NCBI GenBank assembly: GCA_052327205.1
Contig: JBMRGM010000043.1
Span: 30,938,001 to 31,002,000, forward strand
Reading direction: 5' to 3'
DNA length: 64,000 nucleotides
Origin: Somniosus microcephalus
Taxonomy: Eukaryota
Position numbers and translations under genes: made by a program. The first letter of the stretch is position 1; each line of letters begins with the position of its first letter. A model generated the notes under the pieces. That model saw only the letters and a program-made list of their open reading frames with translations, was not told where the DNA came from and searched no databases. Shown one piece after another: positions 38,281-51,429 of the stretch.

Positions 38281-41200
38281 ATGAAGCACATCTGTCGCCT
38301 TCTGATCTTCAGTAAGTGAATCTCAAATATTTCCAGTGCCTTTGAAAGTCAACGTCACTCACCCCTGACAGTTAATCAGATTAATAAGACTCATTCTGTG
38401 AGAGGGATCATCACGCTATATTAATATTCAGAGATTATTAAGGTCAAACATTCATTTAAAATGCATTGAAATGTCATTTCTATGCTTCAGTTTTAATCAA
38501 AATTGAATGCAACAACAGAAATATGTTTGCTTAGTCAGGCTAACAGGATCTTTCTGCTCATCTAAGGGGATCCCTCTTTACTATTAAAGGTTGCAGCCCA
38601 CTTAAGATTGCTTCTAAACGGTCCAATGTTCATTATTTTACCAATTATTTAGCATCACCTGCAGAATCTGGTTGGACATTTCTTATTGTTCTAGTTTTGC
38701 TTATGAGGAAAAAAAAAATTTATACGCTTCATATCAAGTATCAGCGTTGGCTCAGTTGACTCACTCTTACAAATTGCTATTAATACATGCGGTGAGATTT
38801 AAAGTGCCTGGCTTCTGTAGCTAGATGTTAAAATTGGTCCGTATCATTGCTTGATGATTCGAGATCCACAGGCAAGTTTCTTGTTAACATCTGCCACAGA
38901 GAGAGAGAGAAAGATAGAGAGCAAGAGAACGGCAGAGCGAGAGAGAGATAGGGACAGAGAGAGACAGATAGACAAAGATAGGAAGAAAGTAACAATCTAG
39001 ATGTGCACGAGGGAGAGTGACAGAGAGAGTGAGAGCGAGGGCAGGAGTGTTTTTCAACTCAGCTTTTCACATTCTTTATGAAGGGCTTATTTTATTTTCA
39101 GGTGTGAGGGACAAAATATATATTAGCGGGACGACATCCCTTGAGTTAACAAAGCTGAGGAGAACACATTTACTATGATTTTACTTGAGCTAAACTGACG
39201 GCTTTAGGGTGTTTGGCAGGGAAATTAAAAATGCTGGATCTTTAAAATTAATTTCTGATGCTGTTTACTGGAATTTAGAGATAAGTGACTCTTTATGGCC
39301 ACATGACTTTGAGGCTACCTTTGTGAGATGCTGACGTCAGCGCTCTATTGTCTTGTTACCCACTGGACCACAAGACCAGCAAACAGGAACAAATAACAGG
39401 GTTTGCATCTTTAATGTACCACCGACTCTTTCACCAGAATCTCATCTTTTTCAATAACTTGACATTAGTTGTGGGACCATGTTGATTAAATCTAGTTCGA
39501 CAGATTAATGAGGTAGAGCATAAAAGATGTGAAGTTAATCTCAAATTGATCATTCTTAAGCATATAATAAGCCCCATGATTTATTTGTTGCACAGCACAT
39601 GAAACCCACTTTTTGGAAATATTGGCCTAACTGAATGCTTGAAACATTCACCCTATTGAGTCCCAGCTGGACGAAAGTCCCAGCGTTTACATGTTGAACA
39701 ATGAAATACAGACACATCTGCACTGATCATTGACCCGTTTGCAATTATTTTTGCAAAGTTGCAGCGACAGGCATTGCCTTAATAGTGTGATTCCTGTGGT
39801 CTGAGGTGTGATAAAAGCTTTCTGCTGCTTTCTGCTTCTAGCTGCTGGGTCATGTATTGTCTTCACGAGTATCAGTTGCAACCCTGGCAATACTTGTAAT
39901 TCTGATTAGGTTAAAGATGAGTTCACTGATAATAGGAACATAACAACAGGAGTAGGCCACTCAGCCCTTCGAGACAGCTCTGTCATTCAATTATATGATG
40001 GTTGATCTGTACCTCCACTCCAGTTAACCTACCTGGCTCAGTATCCATTGTTACCCTTACTCAACTAGTGTCAGCCGAGGCTCAGTGTATAGCATTCTCG
40101 CCTCTGAGTCAGAAGGGTCGTGGATTCCGTTCCTACTACAGGGACCTGAGCACAATCATCTAAGCTGATACTCCAGTGCAGTGCTGAGGGAGTGCTGCAC
40201 TCTCGGATTGGCTGTCTTTCGGATGAGACGTTACAGTGAGGCCCCTTCCAGGGTGTTTATCCCTGATGCCCTGGGCAATAGTTGTCCATCAATGACGTAA
40301 CAAGAACAGATAATCTGCTCATTATCAACATCATTGTGTGAACATTGGCTGCCACATTCCTACAGTCACTTAACTTTCAAAGTCTTTCATTGGTTTTAAA
40401 ACGCTTTCGGAAGTTCGGAGGTCTTGAAAGGTGCTATAGAAACGCAACTATTTCTTTCATTTTAATAAATAAATGATCGATCTCCATCTTTAAAGCACCA
40501 ATTTACGTTCCTCTAAAGTCTCATCACCCTGTAACACATCATGTCCTTCATCCAATTGCCACTATTGTTCAATCTTTCTGAAGGTTCTTCCTTTGGAATT
40601 CGTGTCTTAGCTCTCTTGTCCCTCTCCTCCTTAACCCAGCATGTACAAGGGCCGACACAATCCCTGTTGTTCATGGCCCCAGCCAAAGCTGTCACACATT
40701 CACCAGTCACTATTTCACCTTCATCTAGCCAACGGCCCATTCTAAGATGGATAATTCAACCTCCTCAAATTCCTTTCATTCTATGTCTTTTCCAAATTAA
40801 TTTTTAATTAGCTTTGCAAGCAGTTCTGCTAAACAAACTTCAAATTCTATCTGTAGAGATTATAATATGGTTATTAGTAACAATAGTCGAAACAAAGGTT
40901 GGGACTTCACTGGCCAAATTAACAAAGTCAAAACCCAAAATTACATACAACAGATATAGCAGGCCTGGCTGGGCGATCCTATGGACCCCTGTGTGGAATG
41001 TTTATGCCTCACCTAATCTAACCGATTAAATTCATTTTCTCAAATTATAATGCACGTTTTCCAGGAAAAGGAAACTTCATCAGTCACTCACTTCTCTCAT
41101 GCCGAAACATACAGCCATGTAAACACAGTATTATTGGTGTAGCCATATACATTTTTAGCCACCCCTAGTTTCTAACAGTGCTTTTCAGAATAGGTATGCA

Positions 41201-44036
41201 TCTGGGCAAGGGGCAGAACAATAAGTGGCAGCATCACTCGTGGTTAGTGTGAGGAGGTGATGTGGCTTAAAGGATTTGTAATTCACTATATGGGAACACC
41301 TTAAAGGTTTCTGCACGTCTTTTCTGCATTAATGCATTTAATGTACGTTTGTAAATATTTAGAATTGAGATGACTGAATATATTTGCTGTTAAACAAAGC
41401 CAACTGTACAACAATATTTACTACAACTTGCTGAATTAGGTCTCTTCCTATTTTATCCAGATAATTCTTCAAGAATTTCACAACTGGGGTAAGTCCGAGA
41501 ATTTTTTATATAAATAAGACATCGTGATACCCCTGAATATTTCTGTATAGCTGAATTAAATGTGGTAAATGTTTGTGCGGTAGATTTTTAACTTGCTTTG
41601 AGCTTAAATCTGGCATTGGTATCAACTGCCTATTATAGAAATCGTCTCATTGTATTTCATTTGAATTCAATGGGATTGAAAATCATTTGCTTTCTACAAC
41701 CGGAGCCAGTTCCGCGATGCCATTTCTAAGCCGGGTGGCAAGTTGAAAATATGTCCCTTTGACTATAGGCATCAATAGTAGCTCGCACTCACACTATTAT
41801 ACTCTCTGCAGTCTGGAAGAAGTGATCTTTTTTCTAATTTATGTCAGTTGTACCTAAACTTCCTAGCCTAAACTGAGTGAAATTCGCCCTGCATGGTTCA
41901 GTAAAAGGGACAATTACAAATCGTTTTACAGTCCACACGAAATTAGATTCCAGTGACTTGTGAACGATTTTGTGAAGAAGACTTTATACCCCAAACTCTC
42001 CATCACTCAGTGAGCTTGGCCATTCTTCAATCCTCACATTTAATTCATCATGTAAATCACAGGGAACTGAAGCATTCTCGGATTTAGTGTGCAGGGCGAT
42101 TGTGCATGTATTTAATTTTAGTAACATTCAAAGAGTGACTATCTCAGACAGTGCTCCATTTAACTGAACACGCTTTTCTGGATACAGTTCTAAATTTAGT
42201 AGCCTTGAAACCTTTTGTTGGGAGCGAATATCTCGTCCCCTTGTGAATCCAGTCACAGATTGTTGGCCGACTCTACTATACTGGAACTCTTTCCACATGT
42301 GTTTCAACCTCTTACTGAAAGTTGCTTGAAATTCCGATATGCTTCCATGGCCCTCAATTTGAAACTGTAGTACAATCTTCTTGAGCTTCGGTATAAACAC
42401 ATATCTGTATACAAAATCACCAATCCACTCATTATCATAAATAGTTTTGCCAAAAACTTCTCACTCTTCTTTCAAGACTGCACTTTATCAAAATACTCTA
42501 ACTCCTTTCAAGGCTCTGTCTCACAGGTTTTGGAACCAACCTTCTGACTCAGCTGTAATATTCAGGAAGAGTCTAGTATGTTTTTTTAAATGAAAATGAT
42601 ATAAAAATTGTACTCCCTGCGCCAGATGTGGGAAATCTGCTGGGCAGAACACAGAAAGGAAGATCTGGTGGGAAGGATCTCTTGCTGAAAGCAGCAATGC
42701 TTGATTTCTGTTCCATTAAGTACCGTGAATGGAAAATCCGGCGTGTTGTGTTAAGGATGTGTGAAACTCTGCACCACATTCTCCTCTTTGCGTTCCTTCA
42801 ACATAATTCTTAAAAAAAATGGCAGGGAAAAACATTTTACCCCATGAACTTGCAAAAATACCAACTAAAATTTTAAGATGATCTCTCTTGATTTATAAGT
42901 TACACGGTTGTGATGTATCTCAATATTCTCTACACTTTCCTAATTCCCTTTCAACTCTGCACCCACAGTTTTTCCAAACAGATACCCAAATATCAAAGAT
43001 ACAATCTTCCATTTATTCGGTATTGACATCTCCCTTCCATTTAGGACACAATCGTGTGAAGTTCATTTTATGGTGGAGTTGAAAACAGCTGCTAATGGAT
43101 CGCTGGCCACTTTTACCCACCGCCTGATTTTGTTTCCAAATTCAGCTGAAGTGTAAACCGAGTGGTTAATCCTCTACCGCCCGCTTTCTGCTGGACGGTA
43201 AAAGTGAATATTAACATCAACTTTCCAACTTGCCGCTCCAGAATAAACTGGCATTATTGTCAGCCATCCATTAGAGATAGCGCCCGATTTTCCTTTGAAT
43301 TAATTTCGAATTTAGAATAATGCGGCGAGTGCTGTTACTGGGCTTCGATTCCTCCACCAGATTTTTCAATTCTGTACTTGTCCCAGTTGATTCTTACTGC
43401 CCAGGCGGTAATGTCGATCATATACACACCTCCAGCTGTCACTCTTAACAGTTAACAATCTTCAACGATGAGCAGTATAACTTCATCTGGGGCCACAGCA
43501 CACAGCGAGCACTAGTGAAAACGTGTCGCTTTTTGGACTCCGCCGATTTGAATTTCCATAAATTATAATGGTTCAAAAATGATCTGGAGGACTTCTAAAC
43601 GGACATCCATTTCGCTACCTCTCGCTTTGAGCTGTCTTCAAGGACCAAATTCAACTCCAGTTAATCAAGTTGAGTGAACACTGGAAAATTTCAGTGAGAT
43701 CATTCAGGATCTGCTGAGACTAGGTCCTCAGACCCCTTGGGAGGAAAGTGCCAGAGCCCGGGCCCCTGTCTACCTTGAGCTTCTTCAACTTATCCAATTG
43801 ATGTGGCCTTGCGATTTTAAAGAATTGTCTCTTGTAAACTGCTTGCTGATTTTTGACAATTAATCTACGATTTCATTTTATTTAAAAGTGATAGTTCCGT
43901 TGTTGGTGATTATTGTTAACTTTAATCTCTGAAAACATATCTGCACCAAGGGAGACAACTAGAAACAGACCTCCAGGTGAAGAGAAGTCTGCAGACAATT
44001 CCGAGTATGCAGCTGTGGAATCAGCGCAAAGCACCG
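38281..44036 (+). pseudogene. Unit B: internally deleted FcR-like paralog (exons S1 38281-38311, C1 41461-41488, C2 43951-44036)
   Basis: S1 MKHICRLLIF; intron homology to gene A stops at about 40510 and restarts at about 41190 in the TM-C1 intron; no S2, Ig or TM exon between; C2 encodes ..NSEYAAVESAQST. Confidence 0.75.
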
Positions 44037-44415
44037 GTAAGCTCGACCTAATCTGCATGTGATGAACCGTAGATTGTTCGGGGTAACATTTCCAGCGGGA
44101 GCACTCTCAATACTGTTATGGCTTCGGTGGAAGATCGGCGAAATCTCCAGACAGATGAGCCTTTCTGCAAGTTTTCAACCGAAATTCCACAGAAGTTACG
44201 ACGAGGCTGTGGGAAAAGCCACATAGAAATTCTATTTCCTCATCTGCGTACATTCAACACAATATAGCGTTAGATTTTCCCCTTCACCGTCTGGACTTTC
44301 AGCATCAATATCTCTAACAATTTCTCAAAGTCTATGTCAAGTCTATTCCTATGTCTCTGCCTATGTCTATGTCTCTGTCTATCTCCAGCTCTATGCCGAA
44401 ATCTATGTCTACCTC

Positions 44416-45538
44416 AAAAAGAAAATACTGCAGCTGCTGGAAATCTGAAATAAGAACAGTAAATACTGGAGATACTCAGCAGGTCAGGCAGCATCTGTGA
44501 AGAGAGAAACAGAGTTAACGTTTCAGGTCGATGACCTTTCATCAGAACTGGAAAAAAGCAGGAAACAGAACAGATTTATAAGCAAATGTAAGAGCTGGGA
44601 AAGGGGGGAGGGTATGAAAGAACAAAAGGGAAGGTCTGTGATAGGATAGAAGGCTGGAGAGGTTAAGAGACATTAAGAGATATTCAAGGCAAAAGGAATT
44701 CGTAATGGGGCAGGTTAAGGAATAAAGGATGGCTCTAGATGAAGTGTAAATTGCGCTGGCAGAATGAAAGACAGTTGCCATGTGCGAGGGAAGAACAGAA
44801 GGCACAAACAAAAAATGTGGATAAATCATATATATCTGATAGAGGCCGAGGTTATGATCTGAAATTGTTGAACTCGATATTGAGTCCAGAAGGCTGTAAA
44901 GTGCCTAATTGAAAGATGAGGTGCTGTTCCTCGAGCTTACGCTGAGCTTCCATGGAACAATGCAAGAGGCCGAGGATGGTGAGGTCTGAGTGGAAATGGA
45001 GCGGTGAATTAAAGTGACAGGCGGCCGGAAGCTCGGGGTCACCCTTAAGGACTGAACAGAGGTGTTCCCCAAAGCGGTCACCCAATCTGTGTTTGGTCTC
45101 CCCAATGTAGATGAGACCACATCGTGGGCAGTGAATACAGTATACTAGATTACAGGAAGTACAAGTAAATCGCTGTTTCACCTGGAAGGGGTGTTTGGGG
45201 CCCTGGACAGTGGGAAGGGAGGAGGTAAAAGGGCATGTGTTGCAAATCCTGCACTTTCATGGGAAGGTGCCGGGCGAAGGGGAAGGGGTGTTGGGGTTGA
45301 TACAGGAGTGGACAAGGGAGTCGGGGAGGGAGCCGTCCCTTCAGAATGCTGAAAGTGGAGGTGAGGGGGAAGATGTGTTTGGTGGTGGGATCACGCTGGA
45401 GGTGGTGGACATAGTGGAGGATGATCCGTTGAATGTGGAGGCTGGCGGTGAAAGGTGAGGACAAGTGGAACTCTATCGTGGTTCTGGGAGGGAGGGGCAG
45501 GGGTGAGGGCAGGAGTGCGGCAGTTAGAACGGACACGG
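44416..45538 (-). mobile_element. Penelope-like element, 5'-truncated, with probable 14-bp TSD
   Basis: GIY-YIG ORF 44852..45181(-); flanks tctatgtctacctc (44402-44415) and tctatgtcaacctc (45539-45552); empty site near 61149. Confidence 0.88.
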
Positions 45539-46889
45539 TCTATGTCAACCTCCATCACTATGTCTATAACTATCTCCATGCCTATGTCTAGCTCTACCTT
45601 TATATCTCTATCTCTATCTCCACGTCCAACTCTCTTATCTATATCTCTCTGTATATCCTAGTCTCTTGCATTCAATCTCACTCTATTGCTCTAACTCTCT
45701 ATCCTTTGTACCTATCTATCTCTATCTCTCTATCTGTCTGTATATATCCATTTCTATCTCTATCTCTCCTCTCTCTATGGGCTGGATTTTTCGATCGGAG
45801 CCTTCCTGCGGATGGAGGCCTCCGATCGGAAAATATATAACATATAAGAACTTATCTGCTGGCTGCATAGGTCCCTCGACTTCCGATCCTGGGCCTCTGC
45901 TCTACGAAATATGCAGAGGCCCAGTTATCTCAGGGGTGCAGGCGGTTCGCAAGCGTCCCTGGGATCACGTGGGCCATGGGGAGTGGGCCATGGGGAAACA
46001 GTCAAAGATGGGAAACCCCCTTCACACTTTTGAAAGGTCTCTACTCACAGATCTTTCAAAAGTATGAAAGGGGATCACTTACAAATAAGTTAAACATTAT
46101 TGTTTTTCAAATCCCTTTTTAAAAATTAGTTAAAATTACATTAAATTAAATATTTTGAAGAAAAATTTGTTTTTGAAAAAAATATAGTTTTTTAAGGAGG
46201 TATTATAAATACCTACATTATAAATGTGAAAAAATAATCATTTTTTGTTTTAATTTCTTATGCTGGTGAAAGCAAGCATTACACCTGTGTTTACCAGGCG
46301 TAAGATTTTGAAAGCTTTTCAGCAGGCAGAAGTTGTGCAGAAAGCGGAATTCTTCACCGGCGGAGGTCCTTTTCCCGGGCAGGTGGAGGATCTGTTAAGA
46401 AAATTCTTGACAGATCGGATGAGCCGGGTTTTAATGCATGCGCTTCACATGCCTGAAACTGGCACTTGCGAGGTCCCTACAGGTGAGTGCACAACTCGTA
46501 CATACCCGGTGTGGGAAAACCGGCCCCATATCTCTAACACTATCTCAATGACCAAGTCTATGTCTAGCCGACTTCTGCATATTTGTCCATGTCTATGTCT
46601 GTGTCTATCTCGAGCTCGATGTGGATATCTATGACTACCTCCATCACCATGTCTATAACTATCTCCATGCCTATGCCTAGCTCTACCTACATATCGCTAT
46701 CTCTATCTCGACACCCATTGACCTCTCCTATCTATATATCTTTGTATATCCCAGTCTCTCATTCTATCTGTATCCCTCACTTTAAATCAACATCTCTCTA
46801 TACCTCTAACTCTCTATCACTATGTACCTATCTATCTCTATCTCTCTATCTCTGTATCTCTCTCTGTACCTCTCTATATCTGTCTAAAC
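44611..46889 (+). repeat. Near-identical segmental duplicate of window 1-2273
   Basis: Base-by-base match with few substitutions and one 6-bp indel; identical ORFs in the track (1050/45666, 1644/46260). Confidence 0.95.
45779..46527. mobile_element. MITE-like element (copy of 1163-1911)
   Basis: Same TIRs and body, inside the segmental duplication. Confidence 0.65.
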
Positions 46890-47185
46890 AATGTCTTATT
46901 ACTTATGGGGGTAACAGTTAAAATTAAGTGTGCTAAAGCGTATCGGCAGTCAATGGAATAGAAATTGGGCTGTGTATATAACGGATGACCAATCTGCTGC
47001 CATCGGTTTTTCACAGCGGCCAAACATGAATTCTCTCACCTCTAATTTCAGCAGCGTGGGGAAGCAAAACTCTGAGCCTCTGCTGCCTCGGGTACCCCTT
47101 CCATTCCGTTAGCTCTTGGCAATCATAACTCTATCTTTGAATTTTCAAAGGAGCAATCAAATGCATATTTTGTTCTATTTGATAG

Positions 47186-47464
47186 AGCTCTTCTCCAAAC
47201 CTACACTGCGGGCTGAGCATGAAGCTCAATTATTTGAGGGCGAACAGCTAAAACTCGCCTGTTTGGTTGAAACATTTCCCACCAGTTCTTCTTTGAGTTA
47301 CGTATTTTACAAAGATGGACAAGCTCTCATTTCAGCAGCAGACCACAACTATTACATCAAGGATGCATCTGGGCCTGACGATTCAGGGATATACCGGTGT
47401 GAAGCAATTACTCTGAACAGCAAGGTGAAGAAACTGAGCAATCACGTTTCAGTGTCAGTCAGAC
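47186..47464 (+). CDS. Unit C Ig exon (D3-type)
   Basis: gatag acceptor, C|gtgagt donor, 279 bp; ELFSKPTL..LAC..FYKDG..DSGIYRCEA. Confidence 0.88.
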
Positions 47465-48346
47465 GTGAGTAAAATGTACTGCAATTATTTATCATCTTTC
47501 ATTCACTAAATTACCAACACATGCACACAATGGGATTCTTCCTTCTGGTACACGGCTTACCTATATGTTTAAAACGCACTGCATAAATGAATTGAATAGT
47601 AGATAAATATTTGTATATTGATACAAAATATTCGTTGTGCCACAGATAATATGTGCAATTGGGGGCAGTGATTTGCAAAAAGAACATTAAACTCATAGAA
47701 AACGGGCAGTGTTAATTCACCAACATGGCGCCATGCATGGAAACACTTATGATCAGGCTAGGCTTGAGCTATTGGGACTGATATTATAAGAGTAACCAAG
47801 GCTTAGCGGACATTTATTAGTGTTTTTTACAAGGTAAGGGTGACGATAGAGCGAACAGGGAAACGTATTTCCACTGAATGCGAAGTCAGGAAGGAGGCAC
47901 CATCAATGCTTATTTATCACTATAAGCGGGAGGGTAGCGTTTGGAAAAAAACATCCTTATGAGAGGATTGCTGAAACATAGAATGATTTGCCAGATAGAG
48001 CGGTGGAGTTAGATACCATTAATTTTAGGTAGAATAGTGTTTATGATTCTGGAATAGTGCAGCCTTCCTGCCTTTGACTAGCAGAGTCAGTAGGAATCAG
48101 GAGCAGGCTAAATATAGTAGGGTGTTCATAAGTGGATTGCTGTAGGAATCATTGTAGTTCCAGGATCACGATTTCCTCTATTAAATGCGCCTACTGCCCA
48201 AGTAGGAGATGGAGTAGGGCGCCTAATATTGGTGTGGTAACCTAAATGACGAGGCTCTTTATTATGATGAAAGCCCTATTTCACTTTGAAAGTAGCACCA
48301 CAAATTCTAACAAAGCAGTGTAATTAACATGTGGATATATTTATAG

Positions 48347-48634
48347 GAATGACAGTATCCAAACCGGAACTGGCAATCAGCCCTGGTAAAGAGTTAATGG
48401 AAGGAGACACCGTGTCATTAACCTGCTCAGTGTCCAACGGTTCTACCCCGATTACGTACATTTTCTACAAAGACTCAAGTAATGAAATCTACCGAGAGGA
48501 ATCCGACCTAAGCGAAATTACTCACCAAATCGGTAACGTCAACAAAAGCATCCAAGGAGATTACAGTTGCGGGGTTTCAAATGAGGCAACAGAACCTCCT
48601 CTACGCAGCGAATTCTTCTTGGTTACAGTGATAG
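48347..48634 (+). CDS. Unit C Ig exon (FCRL D5-like)
   Basis: ttatag acceptor, G|gtgagt donor, 288 bp; VSKPEL..EGDTVSLTCSVSNGSTPITYIFY..GDYSCGVSN..RSE. Confidence 0.88.
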
Positions 48635-48709
48635 GTGAGTTGTTATACGTACCTCTGCAGCAGAACGAAACAAGTGATTCAATAACTGGTCAGCCCGGGA
48701 ATTGTTGCT

Positions 48710-48947
48710 GGTGCCGTAAGCTTATAAGCTGTAACATCTTCCTTGACATCTATCTGCTGTCGCTATCCCAAAATGCACGCTCCTGAAAGGTGCCATAAGC
48801 TTGGAAGCTGTAACATCTTCCTTGACATCTATCTGCTGGCGCTATCCCAAAATGCACGCTCCTGAAAGGTGCCGTAAGCTTGGAAGCTGTAACATCTTCC
48901 TTGACATCTATCTGCTGGCGCTATCCCAAAATGCACTCTCCTGAAAG
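48710..48947. repeat. 79-bp tandem repeat, 3 copies
   Basis: Units start at 48711, 48790, 48869 (gtgccgtaagct..gacatctatctgctg..ctcctgaaag), nearly identical. Confidence 0.92.
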
Positions 48948-49093
48948 CAGAGCGCAATGATTATTGTAAGGGTCCTTCTCTGAGCCGCTGTACATATTTC
49001 ACTGTATGATCATTAACATGTGTTGTGCTAACACAGAAATTAAGTCTGTGATAGATGCTATAGTTGGCAAATTCATATTTTTTTTTTATATAG

Positions 49094-49372
49094 AGGCCTT
49101 CTCCAAGCCGGAATTGAGGGCTGAGTCCGAATCTCAATTATTTGAGGGTCAACAGTTAAATCTCGAATGCTTGGTTAAGGTATATCGCTCCAGTTCTCCT
49201 TTGAGAATCCTATTTTACAAAGATGGACAAGCTCTCGATACAGCGGCAGGCAACATTTATTACATCAAGGAGACATCTCGGTCAGAAGATTCGGGGATTT
49301 ACCGGTGTGAAGCAACAACGTTGAACAGCGAGGTGAAGAAACTGAGTAATCAGGTTTCAGTTTCAGTCAGAC
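49094..49372 (+). CDS. Unit C Ig exon (D3-type)
   Basis: atatag acceptor, C|gtgagt donor, 279 bp; EAFSKPEL..LEC..FYKDG..DSGIYRCEA. Confidence 0.88.
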
Positions 49373-49546
49373 GTGAGTACAATTTACAGCAATTATTTAT
49401 CATTTTTATTCCACAAAAGTACCAACACATGCTCACAATGGGATTCTTCAGTCTGGCACAGGGCTTATCTATAAGTTTAAAAAGGACTTAATAAATAAAT
49501 GAATAAATCCGGGCATATAGAACAAGGGTAGATCAATTTTTATATA

Positions 49547-49868
49547 TGTGGTAAACCACTTTTATCGTTCACTATCGTTACACTATGGTTATCACTGTTA
49601 TATCGTTACACTATGGTTATCACTGTTTACACTGTTGTATCACGACACGAGGTCGTCTCTTGTCACGCTGTTATACCTGGGCTGACCACTGCTGACTCCG
49701 CCCATGGCTCCACCTACTTGCCCAGGTATAAAGGTGGTCGACTGGCTGGTATTCCTCCTTGTTGGATCCGATCACCCACGAGGGTGGGCTCTGTTATTTA
49801 GCCAATAAAAACCTATAGTTACTGTCTTAACTCATCGCTTTTCATTGGATGAATTGATAGGTATATCA
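49547..49868 (+). mobile_element. Solo LTR with 5-bp TSD (ATATA)
   Basis: TG...CA ends, TATAAA about 49727, AATAAA 49804, atata on both flanks, empty site in the paralogous intron at about 47612. Confidence 0.8.
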
Positions 49869-50329
49869 ATATATTTATACAAAACATTCGTCAGGCCACT
49901 GATAAAGTGGACAATTGGAGTACTTCCATTCTAAAGAGAGCATTATAATAATAGAAAACAGGCAGTTTTGATTCACCAACGTGGCACCAGGGATGGAAAA
50001 TGTAATGATCAGGATAGTCTTGAGCTACTGGGACTGATACTAGAAGAGAACCCAAGGCTAAGAGGACATGTATTAGTGTTTTTTTTAACAATGTAAGTGT
50101 GATGATAGAGCGAATAGGGTAAGTTTTATCCTCTGAATCCGAAGGCAGGAAGGAAGGATCATCAATGCATAATTATCAATCAAAGCGGGAGGGTACAACT
50201 GAAAAGAATGTACTTTAGGTAGACGAGTGCTGTAATATAGAATGATTTACCAGGTGGAGCGCTTGCGTTAGATACCATTGCATTTAAGTAGAGTAGTGTT
50301 TATGTTACTGGAATAGTGCAGAGTTACTG

Positions 50330-51175
50330 AACTAGAAATTTGATTTGGGCGTTTGTGAAAAACCGGCAGTATTGACTGGCCGCCCGTTATACCTAGCACC
50401 AGAAATACAGTGGGCTGCATTTTCCGACTCCCACGGTTGTGTACGAGGTGTGTACGCATCTGTAGGGGCCTCGCAAGTGCCGGTTTCAGGCATGCGAAGT
50501 GCATGCGCTGAAAAGCACTTGTGATCTGTCAAGAAACCGCTTGATGTATCATCCACCTGCTCAGGAGAAGTGCCTCTGCGGGCAGGGAGTTACGGTTGCT
50601 GCAAATCTTCCGCCCGCTTAAAACTTTTAAAAATCTTACACCTGTTAAAAGCAGGCGCAAGGCCTGTTTTTACCAGCATTAGAGTTTACATAAATAAAAA
50701 AATTAAAAGATTTTACTCATTTTTAAGTTTAAAAATACCTTTTCAAAATGTATGTTTATTTTTAGGCCAGTAAAAAACTTTAATTACTTTTTTCAAACAA
50801 TTAAATTTTTATTTAATATTAAATTTAATTTAATTTTAACTAATTTTAAATACATGAATTTTTCAATTGAATTAATATTTATCTCTTTTTAAATGTGATC
50901 CCCATTCATACTTTTGAGAGATCTACGCGTAGAGACCCGCCAAAAGTGTAAATGGGGATTTCCTTCTTTGATTGGTTCCCCATGGCCCACGTGATCCCAA
51001 GAGCGCATGCTGATCACATGCACCGATGGGATACCTGGGCCTCTGCGTATTTCATTCTGCAGCGGCCTCGGATCGGAAGTCTCGGGACATAGGGATCCAG
51101 CAAGTAAGTGCGTAGATTTTTTCCGATCAGAGGCATCCGCACGCAGGAAGCCTCCAATCGGAAAATCCGGTCGAC
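50330..51175 (-). mobile_element. MITE-like element, diverged inverted relative of 1163-1911
   Basis: Reverse-strand match (MPETGTCE pseudo-peptide in both, same subterminal hairpin); absent from paralogous intron near 48070. Confidence 0.65.
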
Positions 51176-51429
51176 TGTGATTGACTGCACTATTACTGAA
51201 TATCAGGCGCTCATTTATCACCACTGCCCGTTATTCACCAGCGCCTGAGACAAATTAGCATAGTCAGTACGAATCAATACCAGGCTGGAGATAGTAGGGT
51301 AGTCTCAAGTGGACTGCATTAGGAATTAATGTAGTTCCAGGATCAGGCTTTCCTATATTAATTCCAACTGCTGCCAAAGTAGAAGATGGAGACGGGCGAC
51401 CAATATTGGTGTAGTAACCTGAATTACAG

